From Squalus acanthias (taxonomy: Eukaryota), in NCBI GenBank assembly GCA_030390025.1, contig CM059432.1, positions 115,136,001 through 115,200,000 on the forward strand: a DNA stretch of 64,000 nt, in the 5' to 3' direction. Under the pieces are notes generated by a model that saw nothing but the letters and a program-made list of their open reading frames with translations, had not been told where the DNA came from and ran no database searches. This document shows, one piece after another, positions 38,983-50,274 of this stretch (position 1 is its first letter; every line of letters starts with the position of its first letter). A program made the translations under genes and the position numbers.

Positions 38983-40133
38983 GAAAAAGCTGGAGATGGA
39001 ACAGGTTTTTAAGCAAGTGCAGGGGCACGGAAAGGGGGGAGGGGAGGAAAGAACAAAAGGGAAGGTCTGTGATAGGATGGAAGGCAGGAGAGATTAAGAG
39101 ACAAAAGGGATGATGGTGCAAAGCAAAAGGAGATGGTAATGGGAAGGAGGTAAAAGGGCAGGTGTTGCATCTCCTGCGCTTGCACAGGAAGATGCCGGGC
39201 AAAGGGGAAGGGGTGTTGGGGGTGATAGAGGAGTGGACCAGGGTGTCGCGGAGGGAGCTGGTCCCTTCGGAATGCTGAAAGGGGAGGTGAGGGGAAGATG
39301 TGTTTGGTGGTGGGATCACGCTGGAGGTGGCGAAAAATGATCCGTTGAATGTGGAGGCTGATGGGGTGAAAGGTGGGAACAAGGGGAACCCTATCGTGGT
39401 TCCAGGAGGGAGGGGAAGGGATGAGAGCAGAAGTGCGGGAAATAGAACGGACACGGTCAAGGGCCATGTCAACCACAGTGGAGGGGAATCTTCGGTTGAG
39501 AAAAAGGAAGACATGTCGGAAGCACTAGTATGGAAAGGTGGCATCATCAGAGCAGATGCGGCGGAGACGGAGAAACTGGGAGAATGGAATAGAGTCTTTA
39601 CAGGAAGCGGGGTGGGAGGAAGTGTAGTCCAATAGCTGTGAGAGTCAGTGGGCTTGTAGTGAATGTTTGTCAATAGCCTATCCCCAGAGATGGAGACAGA
39701 GAAGTCGAGGAAGGGAAGGGAAGAGTCGGAGATGGACATGTGAGGGAAGGGTGGAAATTGGAAGCAAAGTGAATAAAATTTTCTAGTTCAGGGTGAGAGC
39801 AGGAAACAGTACCGATACAGTCATCAATGTACTGGAAAAAGAGGTGAGGGAGGGGACCTGAGTAGGACTGGAACAAAGAATGTTCCACATATCCCACGAA
39901 AAGGCAGGCATAGCTGGGACCCATGCGGGTTCCCATAGCAACACCTTTAATTTGGAGGAAGTGAGCGGAGTCAAAGGAGAAGTTGTTCAATGTGAGAACA
40001 AGTTCAGCCAGGCGGAGGAGGGTGGTGGAGGATGGGGACTGGTTGGGCCTCTGTTCAAGGAAGAAGTGGAGCGCCTTCCTGATGGGAGATGGAGGTGTAG
40101 AGGGATCGGACGTCCATAGTGAAAAGGAGATGC

Positions 40134-40440
40134 ACAGAATCACAGAATCCCCACAGTGCAGATAGAGGCCATTTCGGCCCATCGAGCCTGCACCGACACA
40201 TATCCACCCTATCCCCACGTATTTAATCCCCCTAACACTAAGGGTCAATTTATCATAGCCAAATCAACCTAACCCGCACATCTTTGGACTGTGGGAGGAA
40301 ACCGGAGCACCCGAGGAAACCCACGCAGACACGGGGAGAATGTGCAAACTCCACACAGACAGTCACCCGAGGCCGGATTCGAACCCGGGTCCCTGGCGCT
40401 GTGAGGCAACAGTGCTAACCACTGTGCCACCGTGTTGCCC
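40134..40440 (-). mobile_element. HE1-type V-SINE (tRNA-derived)
   Basis: Minus strand has A box tggcacagtgg, B box ggttcgaatcc, V-domain gtgtggagtttgcacattctccccgtgtctgcgtgggtttcc and a CR1-like tail with (attctgtg) repeats. Confidence 0.88.
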
Positions 40441-40714
40441 ATACAATACAAACTGAATGGTGCAGTTTTAAGGGGGTGCAGGAACAGAGAGACCAGGGGG
40501 TGTATCTTTGCTAGGTGGCAGAATAAGTTGCGAAGGCTGTTTAACATTTAGTTTGTATTGCATCTCCTTTTGCCTTGCACCATCATCCCTTTTGTCTCTT
40601 AATCTCTCCTGCCTTCCATCCTATCACAGACCTTCCCTTTTGTTCTTTCCTCCCCTCCCCCCTCTCCCTGCCCCTGCACTTGCTTAAAAACCTGTTCCAT
40701 CTCCAGCTTTTTCC

Positions 40715-40752
40715 AGTTCTGACGAAGGGTCATCGACCTGAAACGTTAATTC
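40715..40752 (+). ncRNA. Minimal hammerhead ribozyme motif in inverted Penelope repeat
   Basis: agtt-CTGACGA-agggtcatcgacct-GAAAC-GTT-aatt, intact core with palindromic AACGTT stem III. Confidence 0.75.
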
Positions 40753-40928
40753 TGTTTCTCTCTCCACAGATGATGCCTGACCCGCTGAGTATTTCCAGCA
40801 TTTTCTGTTTTTATCCCAGTTTCTCTGATCTCTCCACATAACTTTCATCCCTGCTACCATGCTAGTAAATCTCCTCTGCACCCTCTAAAGAAATGAAAGA
40901 AAGCCTTGCATCTCTAAGACCTTGACAT

Positions 40929-41091
40929 CAATGTGTCCCGTAACCTGCACTGCCTGCTGCGTGGCCTGCCTCCCCCAACGCGCGGCCCAAAATTTTGCGC
41001 ATGCGCGGTATCTACAATGGAAAAGCCGGTGGGCGGCCTGCATGGGACCTTGCAGATGACCACATGGCCACACAGCTTAGCAGGAACATTG
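40929..41091. mobile_element. hAT-type MITE (163 bp)
   Basis: Ends caatgtgtcc / ggaacattg; 8-bp TSD cttgacat/gttgacat inside CR1. Confidence 0.78.
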
Positions 41092-42739
41092 GTTGACATT
41101 CTTCCTCAAGTGTGGTGCCCAGAATTGATCACAATACTCCAACTGGGGACTAACCGGTTTTATAAAGATTTAGCAAAACTTCCTTGCTTTAGTACTCTAT
41201 GCCTCTGTTTATAAAGCCATAGATCCCGTATGCCTGTTAAACAGTCTTCTCAACTTATTCTGCCACCTGCAAAGATACACCCCAAGGTCTCTCTGTTCCT
41301 GCACCCCCTTAAAACTGCACCATTTAGTTTGTATTGCATCTCTTCATTCTTCCTAACAAACTGAATCACGTCACACTTCTTTGCGTTAAATTTCATTGGC
41401 CATTTGTCTCCCCATTTTACCAGTCTATTTATGTCCTCCTGAAGTCTGTTACTATCCTCCTCATTGTTTACTATATTTCAGACTTTTGTGTCATCTGCAA
41501 ACTTTGAAATTAAGCCCTGTATACCCAAGTCCAGGTCATTAACATATATCAAAAACAGCAGTGGCCTCAACACCGACCCTTGGGGAACACCACTCCATAC
41601 TTCCCTCCGGTGTGAAAAACAACCGTTCACCACTACTCTCTGCTTTCTGTCCCTTAGCCAATTTCTTATCCACGCAACCTCTGCCCCTTAAATCCCATGG
41701 GCTTCAATTTTGCTAAAAAGTCTATTATGTGGCACTTTATCAAACGTCTTCTGGAAGTTCATATACACAACATCAATCACACTACCCTCATCAATTCTCT
41801 CCATTACTTTAAAAATAACTCAATCAAGTTAGTTAAATACAATTTGCCTTTAACAAATCTGTGCTGGTTTTCATTTATTAACCCCTATTTTTCCAAGTGC
41901 AAATTAATTTTGTCCCAGATTATTGTCTCTAATAGTTTCCCCACCGCCAACGTTAGGCTGACTGGTTTGTAGTTGCCGGGTTTTTTGAACAGGGGTGAAA
42001 CATCTGCAATACTCCAGTCCTCTTTCTAAGGAGGATTGGAAGATTATGGCCAGAGCTGCCGCAATTTCCAACCTTACTTCCCTCAGCAACTGAGGATGCA
42101 GACCATCCAGACCATGTGACTTTTCTACTTTGATCACTGCCAACCTTTTAAGTACCTCCTCTTTATCTATTTTTATCCTATCCAATTTCTCGACCATCTC
42201 CTCCTTTACTGTAACATTGGCAGCATCCTCTTCTTTAGTGAAGACAGATACAAAGTACTCATTTAGTATGTCAGCCATGCCCTCTATCTCCACAAGATGA
42301 TCTCCTTTTGGTCCCTAATCAGCCCCAATCTTCCTTTGACTACCCTTTTACTATTATATGTTTATAAAAAGACTTCGGGTTCCCTTTTATGTTACCCACT
42401 AATCTATTCTCATACACGCTCTTTACCCCTCTTATTTCCTTTTTCAGTTCTACTCTGTACTTTTTGTATTCAGCTTGGTTTTCTACTGAATTAATACCTG
42501 ATATTTATCATAAGCCTCCTTTTTGTGTTTCATTTTAATCTTTATATCTTTCATCATCCAGGGAGCTCTAGCTTTGGATGCCCTTCCTCCTCCCCCCCCC
42601 CCCCCCCCCCATATGAGAATGTGTCTATCTCCTCTCTGAAGGCCTCCCATTTCTCATTTAGGGGAAGGAGATCACTCTTGGGTATCTCTTTTTCCATTGT
42701 CCCCAAGTTTTCTGCTCTCTCTTGAAGGTGCAGATGCAT

Positions 42740-43053
42740 GCTGGGATAGATCCACGAGCAACTACTATCATCCAGTACCTCTTCCAGGTAAACATTCTTT
42801 ATGTGTGATCCATAACAGTGTCAGGAGTCTGTTTGACCATGGGGCTATGAGAACTGAGTTCTCATCTGATGTCCACAAACGTGCACCTCCAGCAAGGGGG
42901 TCACTGGATAGAAATCAGGATCAGAAACCCTGGTTGATGTCTGCCATCCCTTGCCGAGGCATACAGAGGCCCTTTATAGTACCCCGGACCAAACCTTGTG
43001 TGTGTGGCTCAGTACCACAAAGAGTGCCTTTACCAACAGAGTTAACTGGGGGG
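42740..43053 (-). mobile_element. Possible old tRNA-derived SINE
   Basis: Minus strand starts with a degenerate tRNA-like head (taactctgttggtaaaggcac...); family not identified. Confidence 0.3.
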
Positions 43054-43668
43054 ACTGTCTTTTTCTATGTACAACATGAAAACTGAAAAACAATCTGGCA
43101 CTTCATTTGAAGCAAATACCTTGGTGTATTAGAAGCTCAAATCCTAACATCTCACTGAAAACTCAGCTCTTATTTTTATAGGAATTGCAGTAGATACAGA
43201 TTCAGAACTTTAGAAAAAGCTTTTAAAAAAGCAATTACAATTCGCATAAAAGCATGAAAAATCTATAGATACTCAAAAGGTATCCAGTTACAGGTTAAAA
43301 CCCCTGTGCTCCAAAGCACTTCGGCTAAATATAGTAGATTTTATTGAACAAATTATTTATTAATGCAGTACTCTGGAGTTTGTAATTAAAAATAGACATT
43401 AGGAAAGGTAACAAATTTTTAACTCATTTTAGGTAACTCATTGGAATTTCAACTATAGTACAATGGGCAGCGATAAACATATTACAAAGCTTCACTCTGA
43501 AATACCTAAATTCTCAAAGTTCGATACACCTTCTCAAAACCCATGTTTTTCACAAACCTGCTACTCTCCGTCCCCCATCCATTTTCCATTTGAGACTTTG
43601 TTAAAGTTGCTATAGAAATGGAAATTATTATTGTTTGAACAAAATAAAAATGAGAAAAATTCAATTTA

Positions 43669-44087
43669 CAGGAAACTTTCGTTTATCCGGCATCGACGGG
43701 ACCGGCGTGGTGCCGGTTTATCGAAAGTACCGGATAACAGAGAGTTATATCTACCGAGGCTATTTTTAACAAAGAGACTCCAAGCAGCACAGGAGAATCT
43801 ACTCCTGCTACTGCAATGTTTCGGACTTGCGACAGCGCCAGGAGGCCGAGTAGTGGCACTTTTGAAAAGTACCCCTACTGACTAAATCGGCGTTCTCGGA
43901 CTCGGACTCGGGATCGGCAACATTGCCGGTTATTTGAGAGGATTTTTCGGAGCACTCTGCGTTCGCGGAGACTCGACTGCGACTCGGCAACATTGCCGGT
44001 TATTTGAGAGGAGTTTTCGGAGGATGATTTTTGCCGGTTAAGCGAGAATTCTGGATATTTGGGTGCCGGATAAACGAAAGTTTCCTG
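43669..44087. mobile_element. Tc1/pogo (Tigger-like) MITE
   Basis: Perfect 24-bp TIR caggaaactttcgtttatccggca, TA TSD on both sides; internal duplication of tcggcaacattgccggttatttgagagga. Confidence 0.92.
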
Positions 44088-44444
44088 TAATTCACTTCAT
44101 TAATCTACAGAATTAGAAGTCTTGAATCTGTAACATCGTACCCCAAAGATATCACACCCACAGGGAAAAACAATATCACAATTGACTCAAAAACCTCCAT
44201 TTATTCAGTAAACATCCTCACATACTTAAATATCTCATTGATTAATTGTGAGCCAATCAAACAAACAGTTTCATTCATTAGGAAAAGCTATTAATCAACA
44301 ACCAGCAACCATCACAAAAGCAAATAATCAAATTGCTCAATTTTTTTTGCTATCTTGCTGCAATATTCTTTCCTCAACCAGCAATATCAGGAGAAAAATA
44401 TAATTTATAAAATGGCATTTACATAAAAACTTAAATAAGTCACA

Positions 44445-44712
44445 TCAAAATTCTAGAACCAAAGGCGACATGAAGAAAAACTTTTTTACTCAGTTAGGAT
44501 GTGGAATGCACTGCCTGGAAGGGAGGTGGAGGCAAACTCAATCACGGCTTTCGAAAGGGAGTTGGATAAGTACCTGAATGAAAAAAATTTGCAGGGCTAC
44601 GGGGAAAGGGCGGGGGAGTGGGACTAGCTGAAGTGCTCTTGCAGAGAGCCAGCACGGGCTCGACGGGCCGAATGGCCTCCTTCTGTGTTGTAACCATTCT
44701 ATGATTCTATGA
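44445..44712 (+). mobile_element. CR1 3' end
   Basis: Similar to 17575-17822, ends attctatgattctatga. Confidence 0.85.
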
Positions 44713-45087
44713 AATCTCCACTTCAAAATGCTGGAAATCTATGCACTAAGCCTTATCCACAGAGGGATAGCCTCTCCCAGGGGCTGAGGGATTGGGTTTG
44801 TCTCTTTCCCTGGAGCTTGTTTTCTTGACTGGGCCTTTCCTCCCAATATGATCGGCCTTTGTGCATATCTGACCTTTTAGGCCTTCATCCATATGTGAGC
44901 TTAATGCCTTGACATGGAGAAGGAGAGGCAGCGATTCATCTACCATATTTCTGAATACACAGTTTGAAGCCTGACCTGTATATTTATGTGGACAGTTAGG
45001 ATAAGTAATGTTTTACTTTGATAAGTCAATTCATTACATCAGGGCTCTTAAACTTGATTTAAAAAACCCCTGCCCTGGTTGCTTTGG

Positions 45088-45437
45088 GAGATGGAAACAA
45101 GCCATTCGGCCCAACTGATCCATGCCGGTGTTTATGCTTCACACGAGCCTCCTCCCATCCTACTTCATCTAACCCTATCAGCATATCCTTCTATTCCTTT
45201 CTCCCTCATGTACTTGTCTAGCCTCCCCTTAAATGCATCTATGCTATTGGCCTCAACCACTCCTTGTGGTAGCGAGTTCCACGTTCACCACTGGAGTAAA
45301 GAAGTTTCTCCTGAATGTCCTATTGGATTTATTAGTGACTATCATATTTGTGGCCCCTTATTTTGGACTCCCCACAAGTGGAAAAATCTTCTCTACATCT
45401 AACCTATCAAATCCAATCATAATTTTAAAGACCTCTA
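45088..45437 (-). mobile_element. Old CR1 3' fragment
   Basis: ccattcggccc tail region and ataattttaaagacctctat as in other CR1 ends. Confidence 0.7.
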
Positions 45438-45812
45438 TAACTTGCAATTTAGCAAAGATGGGATTTCATTAAATAAATATTTTGCCAATATGTAGCTTCA
45501 GACCTTAAGCTCATTTCCCTTTCATGGTACAGCACAAGTGGACTTGGACACAGCAGTGAAAAGGGTGAGATATTTGGGTGTTTATTGCTCATTGAGTGGA
45601 TATTAGGACAACAGGCATGTTTTTCTAAACTCACCCTAGTTTGTTCTGACCATCTTACAATTTCCTGGCTACGCACACATTGATTTGAATGGTAATGAAA
45701 ATTGGGTGGTTCTATAACGGGCGGGTGATCCACTCCGCCAGTTTACCGCCCAAGCAGTGAAAGTGGATTTTACATCGATTTGACAGGAAAAATCTTTATA
45801 ATAAAATTTCTT

Positions 45813-46552
45813 GGCCCAAAAATTAGTGCCTCTACGCGAGAGTATGCACTGTGTACTCTCGCGTATTCTGTCTCCAATTGCCGGTTTTCTGCATGCACTG
45901 CGCATGCGCTGAAAACCGGCACTTGGTGATTTCAAAAGGGGGCGGTTCCTAAGTGAACCGCGTGCGCGCTACAGGCTGCGCGCACGCAGTGCACTTAGTG
46001 CTTTGAACGCGCAGGTAAGCATGGAAGATTTTGCACATAAAGAAAGGAGGCGTAAGACCCTCTTTTAACAAGGTAAGTAGTTAATTAAGTATTATTTTGA
46101 ATTTTTTTCAACAGGTATATCTTTTTTAGAGACTTTAAAGAAAGGTAAGTTTATTTTTATAACTTTTAAAAGATTTTAAATTTTTTCAAAAATTTAATTT
46201 TTTGTTTAAAGTGGTTAATTTATTTAACTATACTTATTTTATTAATGTGATGGTTTTTTTTAAATTTAATTGAGGTTTAGCTGTTCTTTTGGGGGGTATA
46301 GATTCATAGCTTTCACAGCACTTGATGTGAAAACTATGAATGAAAGATGGTGTGCTGCCATTGGCTCTAACTGAATCACGTGATCCCACAGCTCGCACGA
46401 ATTAACTGCGCCTGTGGGATACGCAAGCACTGCCCAGCTGCTGTCTAGAAAATCAAGTTCGTGCGAGCTCGGAATGAAAAAGCCGGCGCGCAGTGAGATA
46501 TCGCGGGGAAGCCTTACCCCCGCACGAAGGCTCCCTCTTTAATTTCTGGGCC
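45813..46552. mobile_element. Harbinger-type multi-hairpin element, family A (740 bp)
   Basis: TIRs ggcccaaaaatt / aatttctgggcc, exact TSD ctt; highly similar to 54528-55270. Confidence 0.9.
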
Positions 46553-46957
46553 CTTGTGTCTGTCATGTATGTTGAGCCTTTTGTCTGTCGGGCATGAAGT
46601 CTGCCATCTTTGCCTCTGAATGTTGAACTAGCCAAAAAGTAAGGGAGGGAGACCCTCCTGGGGACTTGAAAGAGAGGGATTAGAGATGGAGAGTTATGAA
46701 TAGAAATAGACCCTCTTCAAGAATATCTGGAGAAAGAGAGAGACACACACACACACACACACCTCTGAGCTGAAGAGAGAGGAACACAACAAAGAGGGCA
46801 TGAGAGAAATGAGAAAGAGAGACCTTTTGAAGAGGGAGGTTCTGGATATTAAAAGGTAGAGTTGCATGGACAGAGGGATGGCTGAAGAACAGAAAGCAGG
46901 AGTAAATGGATGGCAAGATGTAGCTAGTGACATACTCCAGAGATTAATGTTGGGGCT

Positions 46958-47318
46958 CTGCTTTTATATAGCGCCTTTCACAACCTCAGACATCCCAAAA
47001 TGCTTCACAATCAATTAAGTACTTTTGAAAGTGTAGTTTCTGTTGTAATGTAGGGAAACATAGCAGCCAATATGTGCTCAGCAAGGTCCCACAAACACCA
47101 GTGAGATAAATGACCAGATAATCTGTTTTAGTCATGTTGGTTGAGGGATAAATGTTGGCCAGGACATTGAGAGAAATGTCTGCTCTTCTTCAAATATTGT
47201 CATAGGATCTTTTACGTCTGCCTGAGGGGGCCCTTGGTTTAACTTCTCAACCGAAAGACGGCAGCTCTGAAAGTGTAGCCTCCCTCAATACTGCACTGAA
47301 GCATCAACCTGGATTAGG
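46958..47318 (-). mobile_element. DeuSINE (SacSINE1/AmnSINE1-like), 5'-truncated
   Basis: ttatatagcgcctttcacaacctcag...aaatgaccagataatctg...ttgagggataaa...ggatcttttacgtc...ccgaaagacggcagctc...ccctcaatactgcactg matches the recalled Deu domain in reverse. Confidence 0.8.
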
Positions 47319-47458
47319 TGACACATCAGTGTAATGTAATGATTTGTTGAGGGAAGCAAATTAGGGAGCAAACCAAACTGTGAGGAAGAACGCTGGAGAG
47401 TATGGAAGGACTGAGATGCATGAGGGAAGTTGGCAGATATGTGGAAAAGGCTGACATT

Positions 47459-48198
47459 GGCCCGTATTTTCTGATCCCTACGGGTGTGTACACCCGTAGG
47501 GACATCGGAAATGCCGGTTTCAGGCATGCGAAGCGCATGTGCTGAAAACCTGTCATTTCCGATCTGTCAAGAATCCTCTTGACAGATCGGACGCCTGCCC
47601 TGGAGAAGGGCCTCTGCGGGTGGAGAGTTCCGCTTTCTGCAGAACCTCCACCCGCTGAAATCACTTAAAAATCTTACACCTGGTAAAAGCAGGCGTATGG
47701 CCTGCTTTTACCAGCATAAGAGTTTATAAAAGTTAAAAAATTAATTTTCTTCCCCACTCATTGATAATTTAAAAATGGTAAATTTATTTTTAGCCCTGTA
47801 AAAAACTTTAATTATTCTTTTCAAAAAATTAAATTTTTGTTTAAAATATATTTAATGTAATTTTAAACTCATTTTAAAAACATGATGGCTTTTTAAAAAT
47901 TTATTTAATGTTGTAGTGTCTTTTTTCAGTGATCCCCATTCATACTTTTGACAGGTCTATCTGTCAAAAGTATGAAGGAGGATTCCCTTCTCCCATTGGC
48001 TCGCCTGGCCCACGTGATCCCAGGGACGCTTGCGAACCGCATGCGTCCCTGGGATACCTGGGCCCTGCGCATTTCGACTGTGGAGAGGCCCAGGATCAGA
48101 AATGGCCTGCACCTCTGGAGCACTCAGGTAAGGGCGTAGATTTTTTCCCGACAGGAGGCATCCGCACGCAGGAAGCCTCCTATCGGAAATTACGGGCC
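47459..48198. mobile_element. Harbinger-type multi-hairpin element, family B (740 bp)
   Basis: TIRs ggcccgtattttctgat / atcggaaattacgggcc, exact TSD att. Confidence 0.9.
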
Positions 48199-48819
48199 AT
48201 TGTTTCTGGTAGGTTTCACTCCTGTATTTCCGACATTGTTTCTGGCATGCTTCACTCCTCCTTGCTATTTTTGGCAACAGAGACAGAAGGATGTCAACAG
48301 TCCAATGACAGCACCAGGCATATCAAATTTATTCTAGTAAAATAACCTTGCCAGCAGTTACCAAGCATGGTATAAAACGGTTTGTAAAAGCTTAAAGCAA
48401 ATACAACAGCACATGGAAGCATTTTATAATCAGAGACCTGCAGTTACAGACTACACTTAAGTTAACACCAACAGCAATTTTCACATTTTGACAAGTGCTG
48501 ATTCAGTGTAATCTTACGAACACTGCACACGATGCTGTTGTTAACACGGCCTCTCAGTGTAAGAGATACCTGAAAGGTATACTGTTGTCTGGTGAAGTAC
48601 TTTGCAAGTATCTTTACAAGGTTTGTAAACACATGGATGAGACCACTGTTTCACTGATAGGCCAGTTAGACTTCACATTTTACATAGTTGCCTCTTTTTA
48701 ACTGATCCATGAAGATGACACTGGGTTTCATGCATTGCTGCAAGCACCAGATCTCATCTAATGCAACACCAAGAGCAGGGAGAGGGGTTTTATTCATTCC
48801 GAATTTCAGACCTTCCCTG

Positions 48820-49020
48820 ATGACCCATGTCCTTTTTGCTGACTTGCCATCATGTTCCCTTCATAGATTCCAACTTGTCCAAAACACAGCTGCTGATATC
48901 CTATCTCACACTAAGCCCTGCTTGCCCATCACCCTTGTCCTAGCTGACCTGCATTGGGCTCCTTGTCCTTCAGCACATGGAATTTTAAATCCTCGTCCTC
49001 ATTTTCCAATCCCTCCAAAG
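48820..49020 (+). mobile_element. Old L2 fragment
   Basis: FQLVQNTAADILSHTK...ITLVLADLHW, the L2 RT C-terminal motif. Confidence 0.65.
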
Positions 49021-50274
49021 TCCTAAGCAATCAAAAGTGGTCAATAGAATTTGGACTTTGAAACTCAGCTCTAGTTTAAACAGGACAGCGAGTTTTTGTG
49101 CAGTCCGGGTGAGCCCGAGGAAGTGGCTGGGGAGTGAGATGGAGTCAATGGCAAGGGTGTAGCGTTAATGCCAGAAGCCAAAATCATCACTCTAGAAGGA
49201 AAGAAATAAAATAATCCAGTAGATGTTTAATTATTTGATTTAATAATTCACATTAGCATGCCATACTCCAAGAACAAATAGACTGTTAGTCAACTTTTAA
49301 TATTGTTTTTTAAATTCAACAATTAGACAATATATTGCAAATTAATTTAAAAACTTTTGCATTGGTGCAATCATATCAAAGTTGGGCCTCTTTATCAGTA
49401 TAAGTGAATAGAAAGTAAATTGTAACAGGAATCCTTTGATCCAGAAAGCAAATCCTGAGTGGCTGTAATTTCATACCTCATTCTTTCATGCTCACATATT
49501 TTGCACAGTTGCACAAAAATACAGGAACAGAACTCCTGCAAAAACAGCAATATGATCCAGTTAATGATTTATCAAGAATTCTCATGTACTTAATGCGGAT
49601 ACACAAAAGATAACCAGCTCTGAATATTGCTTAGAGTGTATATGGCTCCTAGCAGCTGCAAATGATGTTACTGAACCTAGCTTCATAGCAATGAATGATG
49701 AAGTGGTGAGCGGGTGGTGTTTTTCAGCTCCCTTTTACTCTAGATATTTTTTGGATTTATGATCATCGACCACTGCAGGTGAATCTTCACTCCCTATGTC
49801 CTGGAGAGCGCTTTCATTTGCTGGGATAAGTTTGTAGTGTGCCCAGGGATTGAGCCCTTCATTTGTTTCAGGCTTTCTCGTTTATCATGTGCCTTCAATT
49901 GACCTTCTTCGATTTCAGAAGGTGGGAGAATAACCCTACAGTAGACAATGGCCTAGAAATTGGATATAGCCATGACTCGGGCAGTGTTAAGGCCCAAAAA
50001 TGTAAAGCAGTGCCACCTCAAAATGGGCTAGGTAGCATGCAAAATCACTCCTCATTAACATGGTTATAGTCTTGGTTTCAGCACTAGAACTGCTGCTCAT
50101 TGGCTTAACGCTGATCAGGTGGACCAATATTGGGTCCAGTCTAATTCCCAGTCATGCGTGGCACTGGCTTTATTCAGTACTTAAAGGGAAGGTGCATTGA
50201 TGCTACAGCACTTCATCGTCAAACCAGTTCCAACTGCAGCTGCCTGAAAAGAATGAATAAGGAACTGCAAAGCC

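Larger units (their letters stand above)
38846..40814 (-). mobile_element. Penelope-like retroelement, 5'-truncated, with inverted terminal-repeat copy
   Basis: RT motifs NNFSF..FLQIKGVAMGTRMGPSYACLFVG, YIDD, PFLD, YKPTDSHSY and linker CKRRRCNTC. Terminal repeat 38846-39135 is inverted at 40561-40814. About 15-bp TSD cccagtttctct(a/g)at. Confidence 0.9.
38588..42660 (-). mobile_element. CR1 LINE, decayed ORF2, host to nested Penelope, SINE and hAT insertions
   Basis: CR1 pieces at 38588-38845, 40815-40928 and 41092-42660 (ILNEYFVSVFTKEED, GLDGLHP, GVPQGSVL and FADD readable on the minus strand). Confidence 0.88.

Noticed and set aside
40370..40440. tRNA gene
   Set aside because: A and B boxes belong to the head of a V-SINE and continue into the V-domain and LINE-like tail.
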